From: an uncultured Gemmatimonadaceae bacterium
GTDB lineage: Bacteria; Gemmatimonadota; Gemmatimonadetes; Gemmatimonadales; Gemmatimonadaceae
Assembly (NCBI GenBank): GCA_963751275.1
Contig: CAVVTZ010000012.1
Coordinates: 64,831 to 128,830 of the forward strand
Reading direction: 5' to 3'
DNA length: 64,000 nucleotides
Each line of letters opens with the position of its first letter. Within the stretch, counting starts at the first letter, position 1. The translations under genes were made by a program, and so were the position numbers. The notes beneath the pieces were generated by a model. That model was not told the origin of the DNA. It saw nothing but the letters and a program-made list of their open reading frames with translations, and did no database searches. Below are positions 40,294 through 51,318 of the stretch, in pieces.

Positions 40294-41861
40294 TTAGTGA
40301 GTGCACCGAAACTGCACCGCGAGCCGGGCTCCGTCGAGGTGCACCGCGTCACCAAACTTCACGGGACTATCGGGCGTCGCCCGCACCGCGGCGACGGCGA
40401 GGCCCGCCTCGTCGAGGGTATCGAGCACGACCATCCAACCCGCGCCCGCCGCGCAGGCGCTCGCGGTCACGCGCTCGGCGGCCGAATGCAGCGCGGGGGC
40501 GCCGCGCGTCTCGCGGAGATCGGGGGAGAGCAGCGGCGCCGCCTTCAGGCCCGTCGCCTGGGCGACGAGTGGATCATCCGCGGTGAGGATCACGGCGTCA
40601 CGCGGCAGGGTCGCGGCCCACACCACCACCGGCCCGTACGCCATCGCCTGGTGCCGCTGCGGCACCACCCACCCATCGGCCGCGTAGCCGCGCACATTCA
40701 ACCGCGTGCAGGTCGCGACGGGCAGCAGCAGGATCACCACCGCCACGGCGCTGCGCGGCAGTCGCTCGAGCGCGCTCGCCGGCACGAGCTCCGCGAGCGC
40801 GCACGCACCGCCCACCATCAGGATCATCAGCAGCGGCAGGATCCCCCAGAGGAACCGGTCCGGGCTGATCGGCCAGACCAGCACGACCGCGAGATAGCCG
40901 AGTGTCGCGAGGAGCGCCACCGAGCGCCATCCGCGCACGCGCCAGAGTCCGGCGCCGGTCGCGAGCAGCGCGAGCACCAGGCCGGGCGCTCCCCACACCT
41001 GGCGGCCGACGCGCAGCAATCCGCTCACCTGATGCCACATCAGATCGAACAGTTCGCCCAAGCCGTTCACGCTCTCGCGCCACATGCCGCCATAGCTGCC
41101 GTAGCTCCCCGTCCACGCCGCGGGAATGTCGTGCGCGTGCTGGCGCGTCCACGCGATCCACGCGAGCGCCGGGATGAGCATGAATGCGGCGAGCATCGCT
41201 TCGCGCTGGCGCAGCGCCACGGGCTTCCCGGGCTCGGTGCCCATGCGCCACGCCACGGCGAGCGTGACCGGCAAGAGGATCGTGCGCGCGAGCGGGAGCA
41301 GCGACGCCACGATCGCGGCCGCGATGGCGCGCGCGCGAGGTGGCGGCGCCGCATCATCGGCGTCGTCCGCGAAGTTCGAGTGTCAGCCCCAGCAGCAGCG
41401 AGGCGAGCGGTTCGGAGAAGAGCGTGCCGGTCACCGCGCGCGCGGGCACGAGCAGCACGGCGAGCGCCGCGGCCGCCGAGGCGAGCCAGCCGATCCCGAA
41501 GCGCCGCGCGCCCCAGCGGCCCCAGGGCACCACGCTCGCCGCCGCGAGGAGCGCGTTCCCGGCCTTGAGCCAGGCGATGAATCCGAGCGCCGCCACCGGC
41601 GGCCGCAGCCAGCTCCAGAGCGCGAGCCACACCGGGTAGAACGGGGGATAGTGGATGCCCGCGGGCGCGCCGGGCAGCGCGAGATGATGGTAGCCCGAGC
41701 CGGCGAGCAGGCTCTTGGCGAGATCGACGTAAATGCCGTCGTCGAGAAGACGCCCACCGGCATCGGCCCTCGCGCGTGAGCGCGAGTACGGCGAGCGTCG
41801 CGACCGCCGCCGCCCACGGGGCGAGCGCGTTCGCCCGTGAGGCGGCCGGGCCCCGCGTCAC
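40294..41861 (-). CDS. Polytopic membrane protein, probable GT-C glycosyltransferase (frameshifts near 41350 and 41750)
   Basis: DDGIYVDLAKSL..G.GY, HYPPFYP, FSEP, RFLW.ILP across frames. Confidence 0.7.
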
Positions 41862-44075
41862 TCGATGCGCTTCCCCTGGCCGAACACTTCGTTCATCCGC
41901 ACCGCGTTCGCGAGTCCCTGCGCCTGGAGCATCATCTTCTGACCGGACGCCGAGTCGCCGTGCTGCGTGAGCGCTTCACCGAGCACGGCCGCGGTGACCA
42001 CGTAGCGCAGCGGGATGTCCGAGCTCGCACGATCGACCCACCGGTCCATGCGCATGAGCGTCTTGGGGCCTACGTATACCGAATCCCAGAGCGTCTTCGA
42101 CCCAATGAGGTCGATCGCAGCCGAACCCCTGGATGGGCACATAGCGCGACGACACCGGCGCCGGCACCGGATTCAGCTTCGTGAGGATCCCTTCCTGGAT
42201 CAGATACTTGCCCATGCCGAGCTGCTGCGCGTAGCCCGCCGACGAGAAGTACATCGGCCGCTGCGGGTACGAATCCTTGAGCATGCGCAGCACGAGCAGC
42301 TGGTCGCGCGAATACACGCCGGGCCGCAGCACGGCGTTGATCGAATCGAGCACGAACGTCGCGCCCTGCCGCAGCTCCTGGTACGGCGGTACCGAGTCCG
42401 CCTCACCCAGCGTGAGCGTGAGCGGCGGCTTCGTGGGCACCGGCCACACGCGGTCGCGGTAGATCGCCGGTCCCTTCGCCGCGTCGTACGGCCGCGGCGG
42501 CCGCCGGATTATTTGCCGAACGTACCAGTCGGTGTTCAAGAGCGACGTGACGGCGACAGTGACATCCTGCCGCACGCCCTCCACCTCCTGGGCATACCAG
42601 AGCGGGAACGTGTCGTTGTCACCGTTGGTCACGACGATCCCGTATGGCTCCACGGTGTTGAGCAGGTCTGCCGCCCAGTCGCGCGTGAACGTGTCGCCGC
42701 GGCGCGGCGCCGACTTCCAGTTGCCGATGAGCGGCACGAACGCGAAGACCAGGATCGGGCTCGCCAGGAGCCAGCTCTTGAGCGGGAAGCGCGGCATGTG
42801 GCCGCTGCCGCTCTTCACATCCGCGTCGGAGGAGAACAGCGACGCCACGATCTCCCAGAGCCACACCAGGCCCAGCGCGGCCCACACGCTCCACGCCGAG
42901 TAGCTCCAGAGATAGAAGTAATCGCGGTCGCGCACCTCGCGCGGCACGGTGTTCCCTAGATCCGGCGACTGCGAATAGCCGTACTTGAAATTCATGTAGT
43001 AGATGAGCGCCAGCGTCACCGTGAAGATCAGCGGCCCGAAGAACCAGAAGCTCATCCGGTCGCGCTTCCAGTGCGCGACGCCGCCCAGCAATCCCAGCAG
43101 GAAGAAGACGATGGCCAGTATCGTCTGCAGCGCGGGGTTGTTCACGTACGGATCGCGCAGGAACTGCCAGGTGAAATAGTGCCACCACATCCCGATCTGC
43201 CCGTTCACGAAATCAGACTGCCGCTGCGACAGGTCCGGCTTGCCGAACTGCACGCGGTTGATGTTGTCCTTGAGCCGCTGCTCGGTGGTCGCCGAGAAGG
43301 TGCACGACCAATGGAACTCGGTCATGCAGCCCGTGGGCTCGCCCTCGTTGATCGCCGGGAAATGGGCGCTCCGAATCGGCTCGAAGGCGAACACCGTCAT
43401 GCCGAGCCCCATCGCGAGCAGCGCGCCGGCCACCAGCTTGGGGCGGATGATGGTCTGCCACCGCCGCGCGAGCACGGCCACGCCCACCGCCGGCATCACC
43501 AGGAAGCCGGCCGGATGGTTCGTATAGCCGAGTCCGATCAGGTACGCGATGAGGATGAGGATCTTGTCGGCCTTGGGGCCGTCCGGGTCATCGCACCAGA
43601 GCACGGTGAGCCAGCTCACGATCGCGAAGAAGGCGAGCGACAGGGTATACGGCTTCTCGTTCACCACGCTCTGGCTCCACACCGTGAACACGGTGGAGGC
43701 GATGAGCGTCGCGACGGCGGCGCCGGTGATCCGCTGCCACTTCTCGGGCAGCCAATACGAGAGCACGCGCTCGACGACCAGGAACCACATGCCGCTCGAC
43801 ACCGCGCTCGCAAGCGCGGCCAGCGAGTTCACCTTCACCGCCGCGCCCGCGCCGATCGGCAGCAGCGTGAAGAAGCGCCCGATCATCACGAAGAACGGAT
43901 TGCCCGGCGGGTGCGGGAGCCCGAACGTGTAGGCCGCCGTGATGTACTCGCTGGCGTCCCACATCGCGGTGGTCGGCGCGAGCGTGAAGAGATAGAGCAG
44001 GAAGACCAGCAGCGACGCGATGCCGGCGGCGACGTACGACGGACGGTGGTCGAGCGCGGGAGCCTTCGGAGGCAT
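41858..44075 (-). CDS. DUF2723 (TMEM260-like) membrane glycosyltransferase (frameshift near 42120)
   Basis: TLAPT..WDASEY, HPPGNP, REVRDRDYFY, GDNDTFPLWYAQEVEGVRQDV, SLLNTDWY. Confidence 0.88.
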
Positions 44076-44088
44076 CAGGGTACCGGGA

Positions 44089-44715
44089 TCAGGAGAGAGG
44101 TCTGAGCGCGGCGCGCACCGGCGCCGCATCGAGTCCGGCGAGCTTCACCGGCAGGGCGATCAAGTCGTATGTACCATCCGCGACGCCGCGGAGGTCCAGA
44201 TTCTCAAGAATGTACGCTCTCCCGGCGAAGAGCGCTCGGTGCACGTCCAGCGACTTGCTCTCGCGCTCGTCCACGCTGGGCGCGTCCACGCCCAGCAGTC
44301 TCAGGCCGCGCTCCATCAGCGTGGCCACGGCATCCAGCGAGAGCACGGGCCACGCCGCGGGGAAGGTGCCGCCGGCGATGGAGCAGCTCGTGCGCAGCAA
44401 CAGACGCTCGATGCGCCCGACGCCGAGCGCCGGGAGGTCGCCGGTCCCGAGGGTGCGCGGAGCCGGATCCACGGTGAGCACGCGCGCCGTTCCGGCGAAG
44501 ACTTCCAGCGGCATCGCGTCGGCGGCGGCCCATCCATCGTGCACGTGCAAGGGCGCATCGGCGTGCGTGCCGCAGTGGGGGCTGGTCGTGAACACCGAGA
44601 GGTTCACGCTCGCGCCGTCCGCGATGCGCCACGCCCAGCCGCAGCTGAACGGCGTATCGCCGGGCCACTCGGGCACGCCCGGCGCGAGCGCGATCGAGAT
44701 ATCGCGCAGCGTCAC
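44089..44715 (-). CDS. kynB: Kynurenine formamidase (cyclase family)
   Basis: WPGDTPF, HCGTHADAPLH, GVDAPSVD, ILENL, LIALP.KL...DAAPVRA. Confidence 0.9.
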   Translation of the reverse strand: MTLRDISIALAPGVPEWPGDTPFSCGWAWRIADGASVNLSVFTTSPHCGTHADAPLHVHDGWAAADAMPLEVFAGTARVLTVDPAPRTLGTGDLPALGVGRIERLLLRTSCSIAGGTFPAAWPVLSLDAVATLMERGLRLLGVDAPSVDERESKSLDVHRALFAGRAYILENLDLRGVADGTYDLIALPVKLAGLDAAPVRAALRPLS

Positions 44716-45452
44716 TTCGCCGGGCTCCCGGCGCCGAAGACGCGCGAGCGCACTTCCCACAGGGCGGGGAAGAAGCGCTGGCTCACGGTGCGCGAGAGAT
44801 ACTTGGCGCCGAGCGTGCCGCCGGTGCCCGACGTACCGGGGCCGATGATCCGCTCCACGAGCTGCACGTGCAGGAAGCGCCAACGGGCGAAACCTTGCTC
44901 GTACTCCAGCAGCTCCTCGGCGAGCAGGAACAACGGCGTCGCCTCCGCGCCGGTGTAGATCGATTCCGCGGTCTCGCCGTGCGCGGCGAGCAGCTGTTCG
45001 AAGAGCGCCTGCAGCGTGGGGCGCGCGAGCCAGGCTTTCACCATGGGCGGCGGCGCGCCGTGCTCGGACACGGCGTTCAGGAACGTCTGGTCGCGCAGGC
45101 CGCTCGCTGCCTCGATCGCTCGGAACTGCGCGCTCTGCGAGCCGCTGGAGGTGCCGAGCGAGCCGCGGAACTGCGCGAAGCGCTGCGGCGGGAGCGTGTC
45201 GAGCGCGGAAAGCTGATCGGCGACGATCCGCACGAGCGCATTGAGCCGCTTGGTCACGAAGATCGCGCCGGTCACGTCGCGCGCCTCGAGGCGCGCGAAG
45301 AGTCCCTCCATCTCGCGCAGGATGACCTTGAACCAGAGCTCGCTCGCCTGGTGCACGACGATGAACAGCAGCTCGTCGGGCTGTTCCGGCTTGGACTGTG
45401 CGCGCTGCAGCGAGAGCAATTCGTCGAGCGCCAGGTACGTGGGATAATCCAT
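44712..45452 (-). CDS. kynA: Tryptophan 2,3-dioxygenase
   Basis: YLALDELLSLQ, DELLFIVVHQASELWFK, SGSQSAQFR, WRFLH..VERIIG, GTGGT.G..YL, FFPALW. Confidence 0.92.
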   Translation of the reverse strand: MDYPTYLALDELLSLQRAQSKPEQPDELLFIVVHQASELWFKVILREMEGLFARLEARDVTGAIFVTKRLNALVRIVADQLSALDTLPPQRFAQFRGSLGTSSGSQSAQFRAIEAASGLRDQTFLNAVSEHGAPPPMVKAWLARPTLQALFEQLLAAHGETAESIYTGAEATPLFLLAEELLEYEQGFARWRFLHVQLVERIIGPGTSGTGGTLGAKYLSRTVSQRFFPALWEVRSRVFGAGSPAK

Positions 45453-45457
45453 GGCGC

Positions 45458-46180
45458 TCAGAAGGACGAGACGTCGAGCGTGGCCAGGTCGTCCACGCGC
45501 ATCGTCTCGCCGGTGTGGAAGGGCTCGCCGTAGCGCGCGCGAATGAGCGACCCGTAGTGCGCGGAGTGGTGGCGGATGATGTCGAAGAGCGAATCGGTGT
45601 TCGGGAAGACCTCGCCGGCCTGCACCGCGCCGGCGAACTGCGATTCGAAGGCGCGCACCGATTCCATCTTCTGCTCGAAGACATCGGTGATGTCCACGAC
45701 GAACGTGGGCTTCACGTGGTCCTCGCGGTAGCTGAGGCAGTGGATCAATTTGCGCGGGCGGTGCGCCTTGCCGCCGCCCGCCGCGTACTTGGCGAGCCCC
45801 GCCAGGAAGCAGGCATCGCGCACGAGCTCCGCGGTGATGCGATGATCCGGGTGCCGCCCGCCGAACGCCGGCGCGAGCACGACCTGCGGCTGCAGCCGCC
45901 GGATCTCGCGCACGAGCGCCGCGCGCGTCTCGTCGGTGTTGAGGACGCCGGCATCCGGAAGCCCGAGATTGACGCGCTCGGCGACGCCGAGGATCTCGGC
46001 CGCGCGGTTGGCCTCCCGCTCGCGGATCTCGGCGGAGCCCCGTGTGCCCATCTCGCCGCGGGTGAGATCGATGATGGCGGTGCGATGGCCCTGCTTGGCA
46101 CTCTTGGCGAGCGTGCCGCCACAGGTCAGCTCCACATCGTCCCGATGCGCCGCGATGGCCAGAATGGTCACTTGAGGCAT
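45458..46180 (-). CDS. bshB1: Bacillithiol biosynthesis deacetylase BshB1 (PIG-L family)
   Basis: AHRDDVEL.CGGT, DLTRGEMGTRG..E.R..EA, RHPDH, FESQF, YGEPF. Confidence 0.85.
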   Translation of the reverse strand: MPQVTILAIAAHRDDVELTCGGTLAKSAKQGHRTAIIDLTRGEMGTRGSAEIREREANRAAEILGVAERVNLGLPDAGVLNTDETRAALVREIRRLQPQVVLAPAFGGRHPDHRITAELVRDACFLAGLAKYAAGGGKAHRPRKLIHCLSYREDHVKPTFVVDITDVFEQKMESVRAFESQFAGAVQAGEVFPNTDSLFDIIRHHSAHYGSLIRARYGEPFHTGETMRVDDLATLDVSSF

Positions 46181-46217
46181 GGCGGGGAATATACTCGCTA
46201 CGAACGGCGCTCGTAGA

Positions 46218-46358
46218 ACCCCGAACCCCGTCCTTGGTCCCCCGAACTCCGTCTTGGCAACTGAGGCGTGGTCACGGCTCGGGCGGTGCTGGTACCAGCA
46301 CCGCCCGAGCCGTGACCACGCCTCAGTTGCCAAGACGGAGTTCGGGGGACCGAATACG
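46218..46358. repeat. Palindromic element, CCCGAAC family, copy F (116-bp perfect palindrome core 46236-46351)
   Basis: 58-nt arms are exact reverse complements meeting at GGT|ACC. Confidence 0.95.
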
Positions 46359-46402
46359 CAGTCCGAGACTTTGAGATGGTGCCTGTCGATATAGATTGAA
46401 GA

Positions 46403-47323
46403 GTGTCGAACACCCCGAGCTGGACCGACCTGGGTGAACTCTGGCCCAACCGAAGCGCGAGCCGCTTCGTGGAGGCGGGCGGTCAGCGTTGGCATGTCCA
46501 GCTCTTCGGGAACGGCCCGCCGCTCTTGCTGGTGCACGGCACCGGTGCGGCGACGCACACGTGGCGCGATCTCGCGCCGCGGCTCGCGACGCGGTTCACC
46601 GTGATCGCGCCGGACTTGCCGGGACATGGATTCACCACGGCGCCGCGCACCGATCTCCTCTCGCTCGACGGGATGGCCAAGGAACTCGGCGTCCTGCTCG
46701 ACGCGCTCGAGATCAAGCCGGTGGCCGGCGTCGGCCACGCGGCGGGAATGGCGGTGCTGCTCCGCCTCGCGCTGGGGCGCGAGGTGCCATTCAAGACGCT
46801 CGTCGGCATCAACGCCGCGCTCACGCCGCCGCGTCGGCAGATGTGGACCTTGCTCGCGCCGGCCGCGAACGTCTCCTCGCGCAATTCGTTCGTCGATGGC
46901 CTGGGCACCAAGATGGCCACCGGCTCGCTCGAGGATTCGCTGCTGCGCTCCACCGGTTCGCACCTGTCGCCGGAGCAGGCGGCGCTCTACGGCGGATTCC
47001 TCCGCTCGCGCCGCCACATGGGCGCGGTGACGACGATGTTCGCGAACTGGGACGCCGCGTCACTCCAGCGCGACCTCGCGACGCTCGCCACGCCGGTCAC
47101 GCTCGCGGTGGCGCTCAACGATCCGTGGGTCCCGCCGCGCAGCGCCGACCGCCTCGCCGGACTCTTCCCCCGCGCCCGCGTCGTCGAGATCGGCGACTGC
47201 GGCCACCTCGCGCACGAGGAGAAGCCGGGTCTGGTCGAGACGGTGATCGTGGAGAGCGCGCAGCGCGAAGGTGTGCTGCCGCGGGCATCGGCGTCGGTAC
47301 TGCAGACTGAGACGTTAGACTGA
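46403..47323 (+). CDS. BchO-like alpha/beta hydrolase
   Basis: WPNRSASRFV.AGG.RWHVQ, LLLVHGTGAATH.WR, PDLPGHGFT, GHAAG, GHLAHEE.P. Confidence 0.8.
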   Translation: MSNTPSWTDLGELWPNRSASRFVEAGGQRWHVQLFGNGPPLLLVHGTGAATHTWRDLAPRLATRFTVIAPDLPGHGFTTAPRTDLLSLDGMAKELGVLLDALEIKPVAGVGHAAGMAVLLRLALGREVPFKTLVGINAALTPPRRQMWTLLAPAANVSSRNSFVDGLGTKMATGSLEDSLLRSTGSHLSPEQAALYGGFLRSRRHMGAVTTMFANWDAASLQRDLATLATPVTLAVALNDPWVPPRSADRLAGLFPRARVVEIGDCGHLAHEEKPGLVETVIVESAQREGVLPRASASVLQTETLD

Positions 47324-47384
47324 GACGGTAGACTGCAGCCTACGGTCGCATTCTAACGTCTCAGTCTAAAGTCCGAGTCTGTAG
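47300..47384. repeat. AGACTG-type 14-nt (2x7) hairpin between convergent genes
   Basis: CTGCAGACTGAGACGTTAGACTGAGACGGTAGA / TCTAACGTCTCAGTCTAAAGTCCGAGTCTGTAG. Confidence 0.8.
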
Positions 47385-48629
47385 TTATTCGTACCTCAGC
47401 GCCTCCACCGGATCCAGCCTCGCCGCCCGGATCGCGGGGTAGATCCCGAAGGCGACGCCGATCAGGATGCTCACGGCGACCGCGATCAGCGTGATCCCCA
47501 CGGGCGGTCGCGCGCTCACCCCCATGAGCGCCGTCACGCCCATGCCGAAGCTGAGGCCGATCACGATGCCGATCGCGCCGCCGATGCCGGTGAGCGTCGC
47601 GGCCTCGAGCAGGAACTGCACGAGAATGTCGGCGCGGCGCGCGCCGAGCGCCTTGCGCACCCCGATCTCGCGCGTGCGGTCGGTGACCGAGACCATCATG
47701 ATCGCCATCACCCCGATGCCGCCCACGAGCAAGCCCACGCCCGAGAGGCCGATCATCACGCCGTAGAACACGCTCGTCAGCTTGGTGAAGACCTCGAGGA
47801 TCTGGTCCTGCGTGATGAAGTCGAAGGTGTTCGGTTCGCCGGGGCGCAGATGCCGCATGTTCCGGAGCGCGACCATCACCGCATCCTGCGCGTCCTCGGG
47901 GCGCGCGGTCTTCTTGGGCTTCACGGCGATGAAGAGCGCGTTGGTCTTGTCCATGTGGTAGGCGTGGTCGGCGAAGCGGAAGGGCACGACGCCGCCCACC
48001 TCCTGACCCGGCGGCGCGAACACGTTGTCGGCCTCCTGCAGCACGCCGATCACCGTCACCGGCCGCGTGAGCACCTGCAGCGACTTCCCGAGCGGGTCCT
48101 GCTGGCCGAACATCTTGTTCGCGAACTTCTCGGTGATCACGAACACCGGCGCACCGCTCGACATCTCGGACCTGGTGAACCAGCGCCCCTTGATCAGTTC
48201 GCCGCCCTGGATCTCGCTGTACCGGTCGTCGGCGGCGAAGATGGTCAGCGCCTGTGAGCGGTTCCCCTGGAACTCGAGCTTCCCGAACAGCTGTGCCCAG
48301 ATCGCCGCATAATCGACTTCCGGCAGCTGGGCGATGCGCGTCGCCTCGGCCTCGACGAGATCTGGCCGAATGCGCACGTACTTCGGCAGCCGGTCGGGGT
48401 TGAGCGGCGTCTGCGAGAAGATCTTCATGACGTAGAACGTGCTGGGGCCGGCGATCTCGATCGTGTGGATGATCTGGTCGCTGATCCCGTCCACGATCGC
48501 CGCCATCGTCATCACGGTGGACACGCCGATCACCACGCCCAGCACGGTGAGCGCGGAGCGCAGCTTGTTCGCCTGCAGCGTATCGAGCGCGATGGCGACG
48601 TTCTCGCGGACCGCTTCGCCGAATCTCAT
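47385..48629 (-). CDS. MacB/FtsX-type ABC permease, type B, pair 3
   Basis: NKLRSALTVLGVVIGV, LLVGGIGVMAIM.VSVT.RTREIGVRKALGA, LDPVEALRYE. Confidence 0.9.
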   Translation of the reverse strand: MRFGEAVRENVAIALDTLQANKLRSALTVLGVVIGVSTVMTMAAIVDGISDQIIHTIEIAGPSTFYVMKIFSQTPLNPDRLPKYVRIRPDLVEAEATRIAQLPEVDYAAIWAQLFGKLEFQGNRSQALTIFAADDRYSEIQGGELIKGRWFTRSEMSSGAPVFVITEKFANKMFGQQDPLGKSLQVLTRPVTVIGVLQEADNVFAPPGQEVGGVVPFRFADHAYHMDKTNALFIAVKPKKTARPEDAQDAVMVALRNMRHLRPGEPNTFDFITQDQILEVFTKLTSVFYGVMIGLSGVGLLVGGIGVMAIMMVSVTDRTREIGVRKALGARRADILVQFLLEAATLTGIGGAIGIVIGLSFGMGVTALMGVSARPPVGITLIAVAVSILIGVAFGIYPAIRAARLDPVEALRYE

Positions 48630-49868
48630 TCGGCGCGCATCGCCGCGATCGGGATCGAGCTTGGAGGCGCGGTCGGCGGGGAGGATGCCGAAGATGATCC
48701 CGACGCCGGCGCCCAGCGCGAGCGCGAGGAACACGGACCACGGTGTGACGCGCGCCGGCAGCGGCGTGACCCACGTGACGGCCGCGGCCAGCACCCCGCC
48801 GGCCATCACGCCGAGCGCGCCGCCCATCACCGACAGCATGACCGCCTCGGCCAGGAACTGCTTGCGGATGTCGCGTCGCGTGGCGCCCACCGATTTACGG
48901 ATCCCGACCTCGCGCGTGCGCTCGGTGACGGACATCAGCATGATGTTCATGATCACGATCCCGCCCACCAGGATCCCGATCGCGACCATCGCGGGGATCA
49001 CCTCGAAGAGCACGCTCGTGAGGCTCTTCCAGAACGCCACGAGCGCGTCGGCGGTCTCCACCGAGAAATCGTTGTCCTGCGCCGGCCGCAGCTTGTGCGC
49101 GAGCCGCATCGCCTCCTCGGCGCGCGCCATGCCGCCGGCCACTTCGGATGCTTCGCGCATCTTCACGGACACCGTGGTGGTCTTCCGCTTGCCGAAGAGC
49201 ATCTCGAACTGCGGGAGCGGCAGGAGCGCGAAGCCGTCGAAGCTCTGGCCGAGCACGCGGCCCTTCCGCGCGATCACGCCGATGACCGTGAACTGCTGGC
49301 CCATGATGCGGATCGTCTGGCCCACGGGATCCACGTTCTCGAAGAGCTTGTCGGCGATGTCGGCGCCCACCACGACCACCGCGCGCCGTTGCTCGAGGTC
49401 CAGCGGTTCGAGCGGCCGCCCGCTCGCGAAGCGGTAGTCCTGCACCACCTGGTACTCGGGGGAGATGCCGAACATGAGCACGTCGGCGAGCGTGCGATCG
49501 CCCCATACGACGTCCGCCTGCGGCGTGGGCCAGCCGCTCTGGATGCTGATCGCCTCAGCGTCGGGGATCGCGGCGCGCACGACCTCGGCGTCGGTGAGCG
49601 TGATGCGCGGACGCTTCGCGACGAGGCGCATGGCATCCTCGTCGTACATCCCCACGCGGATCGGTGTGCGGCGCACCTGGAAGGTGTTCGAGCCGATCAT
49701 CGCGTCCGCGATGCTCTCCTTCACGTAGGCGTTCATCCCCTGGATGATCGCGACCACCGCCACGAGGAACGCGACGGAGACGATGATGCCGAGGAGCGTG
49801 AAGAAACTCCGCAGCTTGCTGCCGCGGATCTGGGCGAAGGCCAGGGTCAGGACGTCGCTGAAGAGCAT
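48626..49868 (-). CDS. MacB/FtsX-type ABC permease, type A, pair 3 (extra base near 48652 fuses it to the next gene in the ORF track)
   Basis: KLRSFFTLLGII, VGGIVIMNIM, ending DPIAAMRAE-stop in the shifted frame. Confidence 0.88.
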
Positions 49869-49921
49869 GCCCTGAATCTAGCGCCGGTTCGGATGAGGTG
49901 CGCCATGGCCAACGGCCAATG

Positions 49922-50041
49922 CCGGGAACCGATTGCCGGGAACCGGTGATGCATAACAACGCATTCCGCAACGACATCGCGCGATGTTGTGAACGTGAAT
50001 GTGCTGTCATGCCACACCGGTTCCCGGCAATCGGTTCCCGG
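49922..50041. repeat. Hairpin with perfect 27-bp arms made of a 14-nt (2x7) unit
   Basis: CCGGGAACCGATTGCCGGGAACCGGTG / CACCGGTTCCCGGCAATCGGTTCCCGG. Confidence 0.88.
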
Positions 50042-50051
50042 TAGTCAGCCG

Positions 50052-51317
<1,266 letters not shown>

Positions 51318-51318
51318 G

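Noticed and set aside
6163..46358. Integron attC sites as the identity of the palindromes
   Set aside because: No integrase in the window, flanking genes are housekeeping in mixed orientation, and arms lack a consistent RYYYAAC/GTTRRRY layout with extrahelical bases
3905..48660. Mass pseudogenisation or programmed frameshifting (pyk, aldolase, cinA, mnmA, kinase, amidohydrolases, DUF2723)
   Set aside because: Single-base indels in conserved genes with otherwise intact motifs and no evident in-frame nonsense decay; typical of unpolished long-read consensus
47385..49868. 827-aa double-length permease
   Set aside because: One extra base near 48652 hides the DPIAAMRAE-stop/ATG overlap; the other two pairs are separate genes
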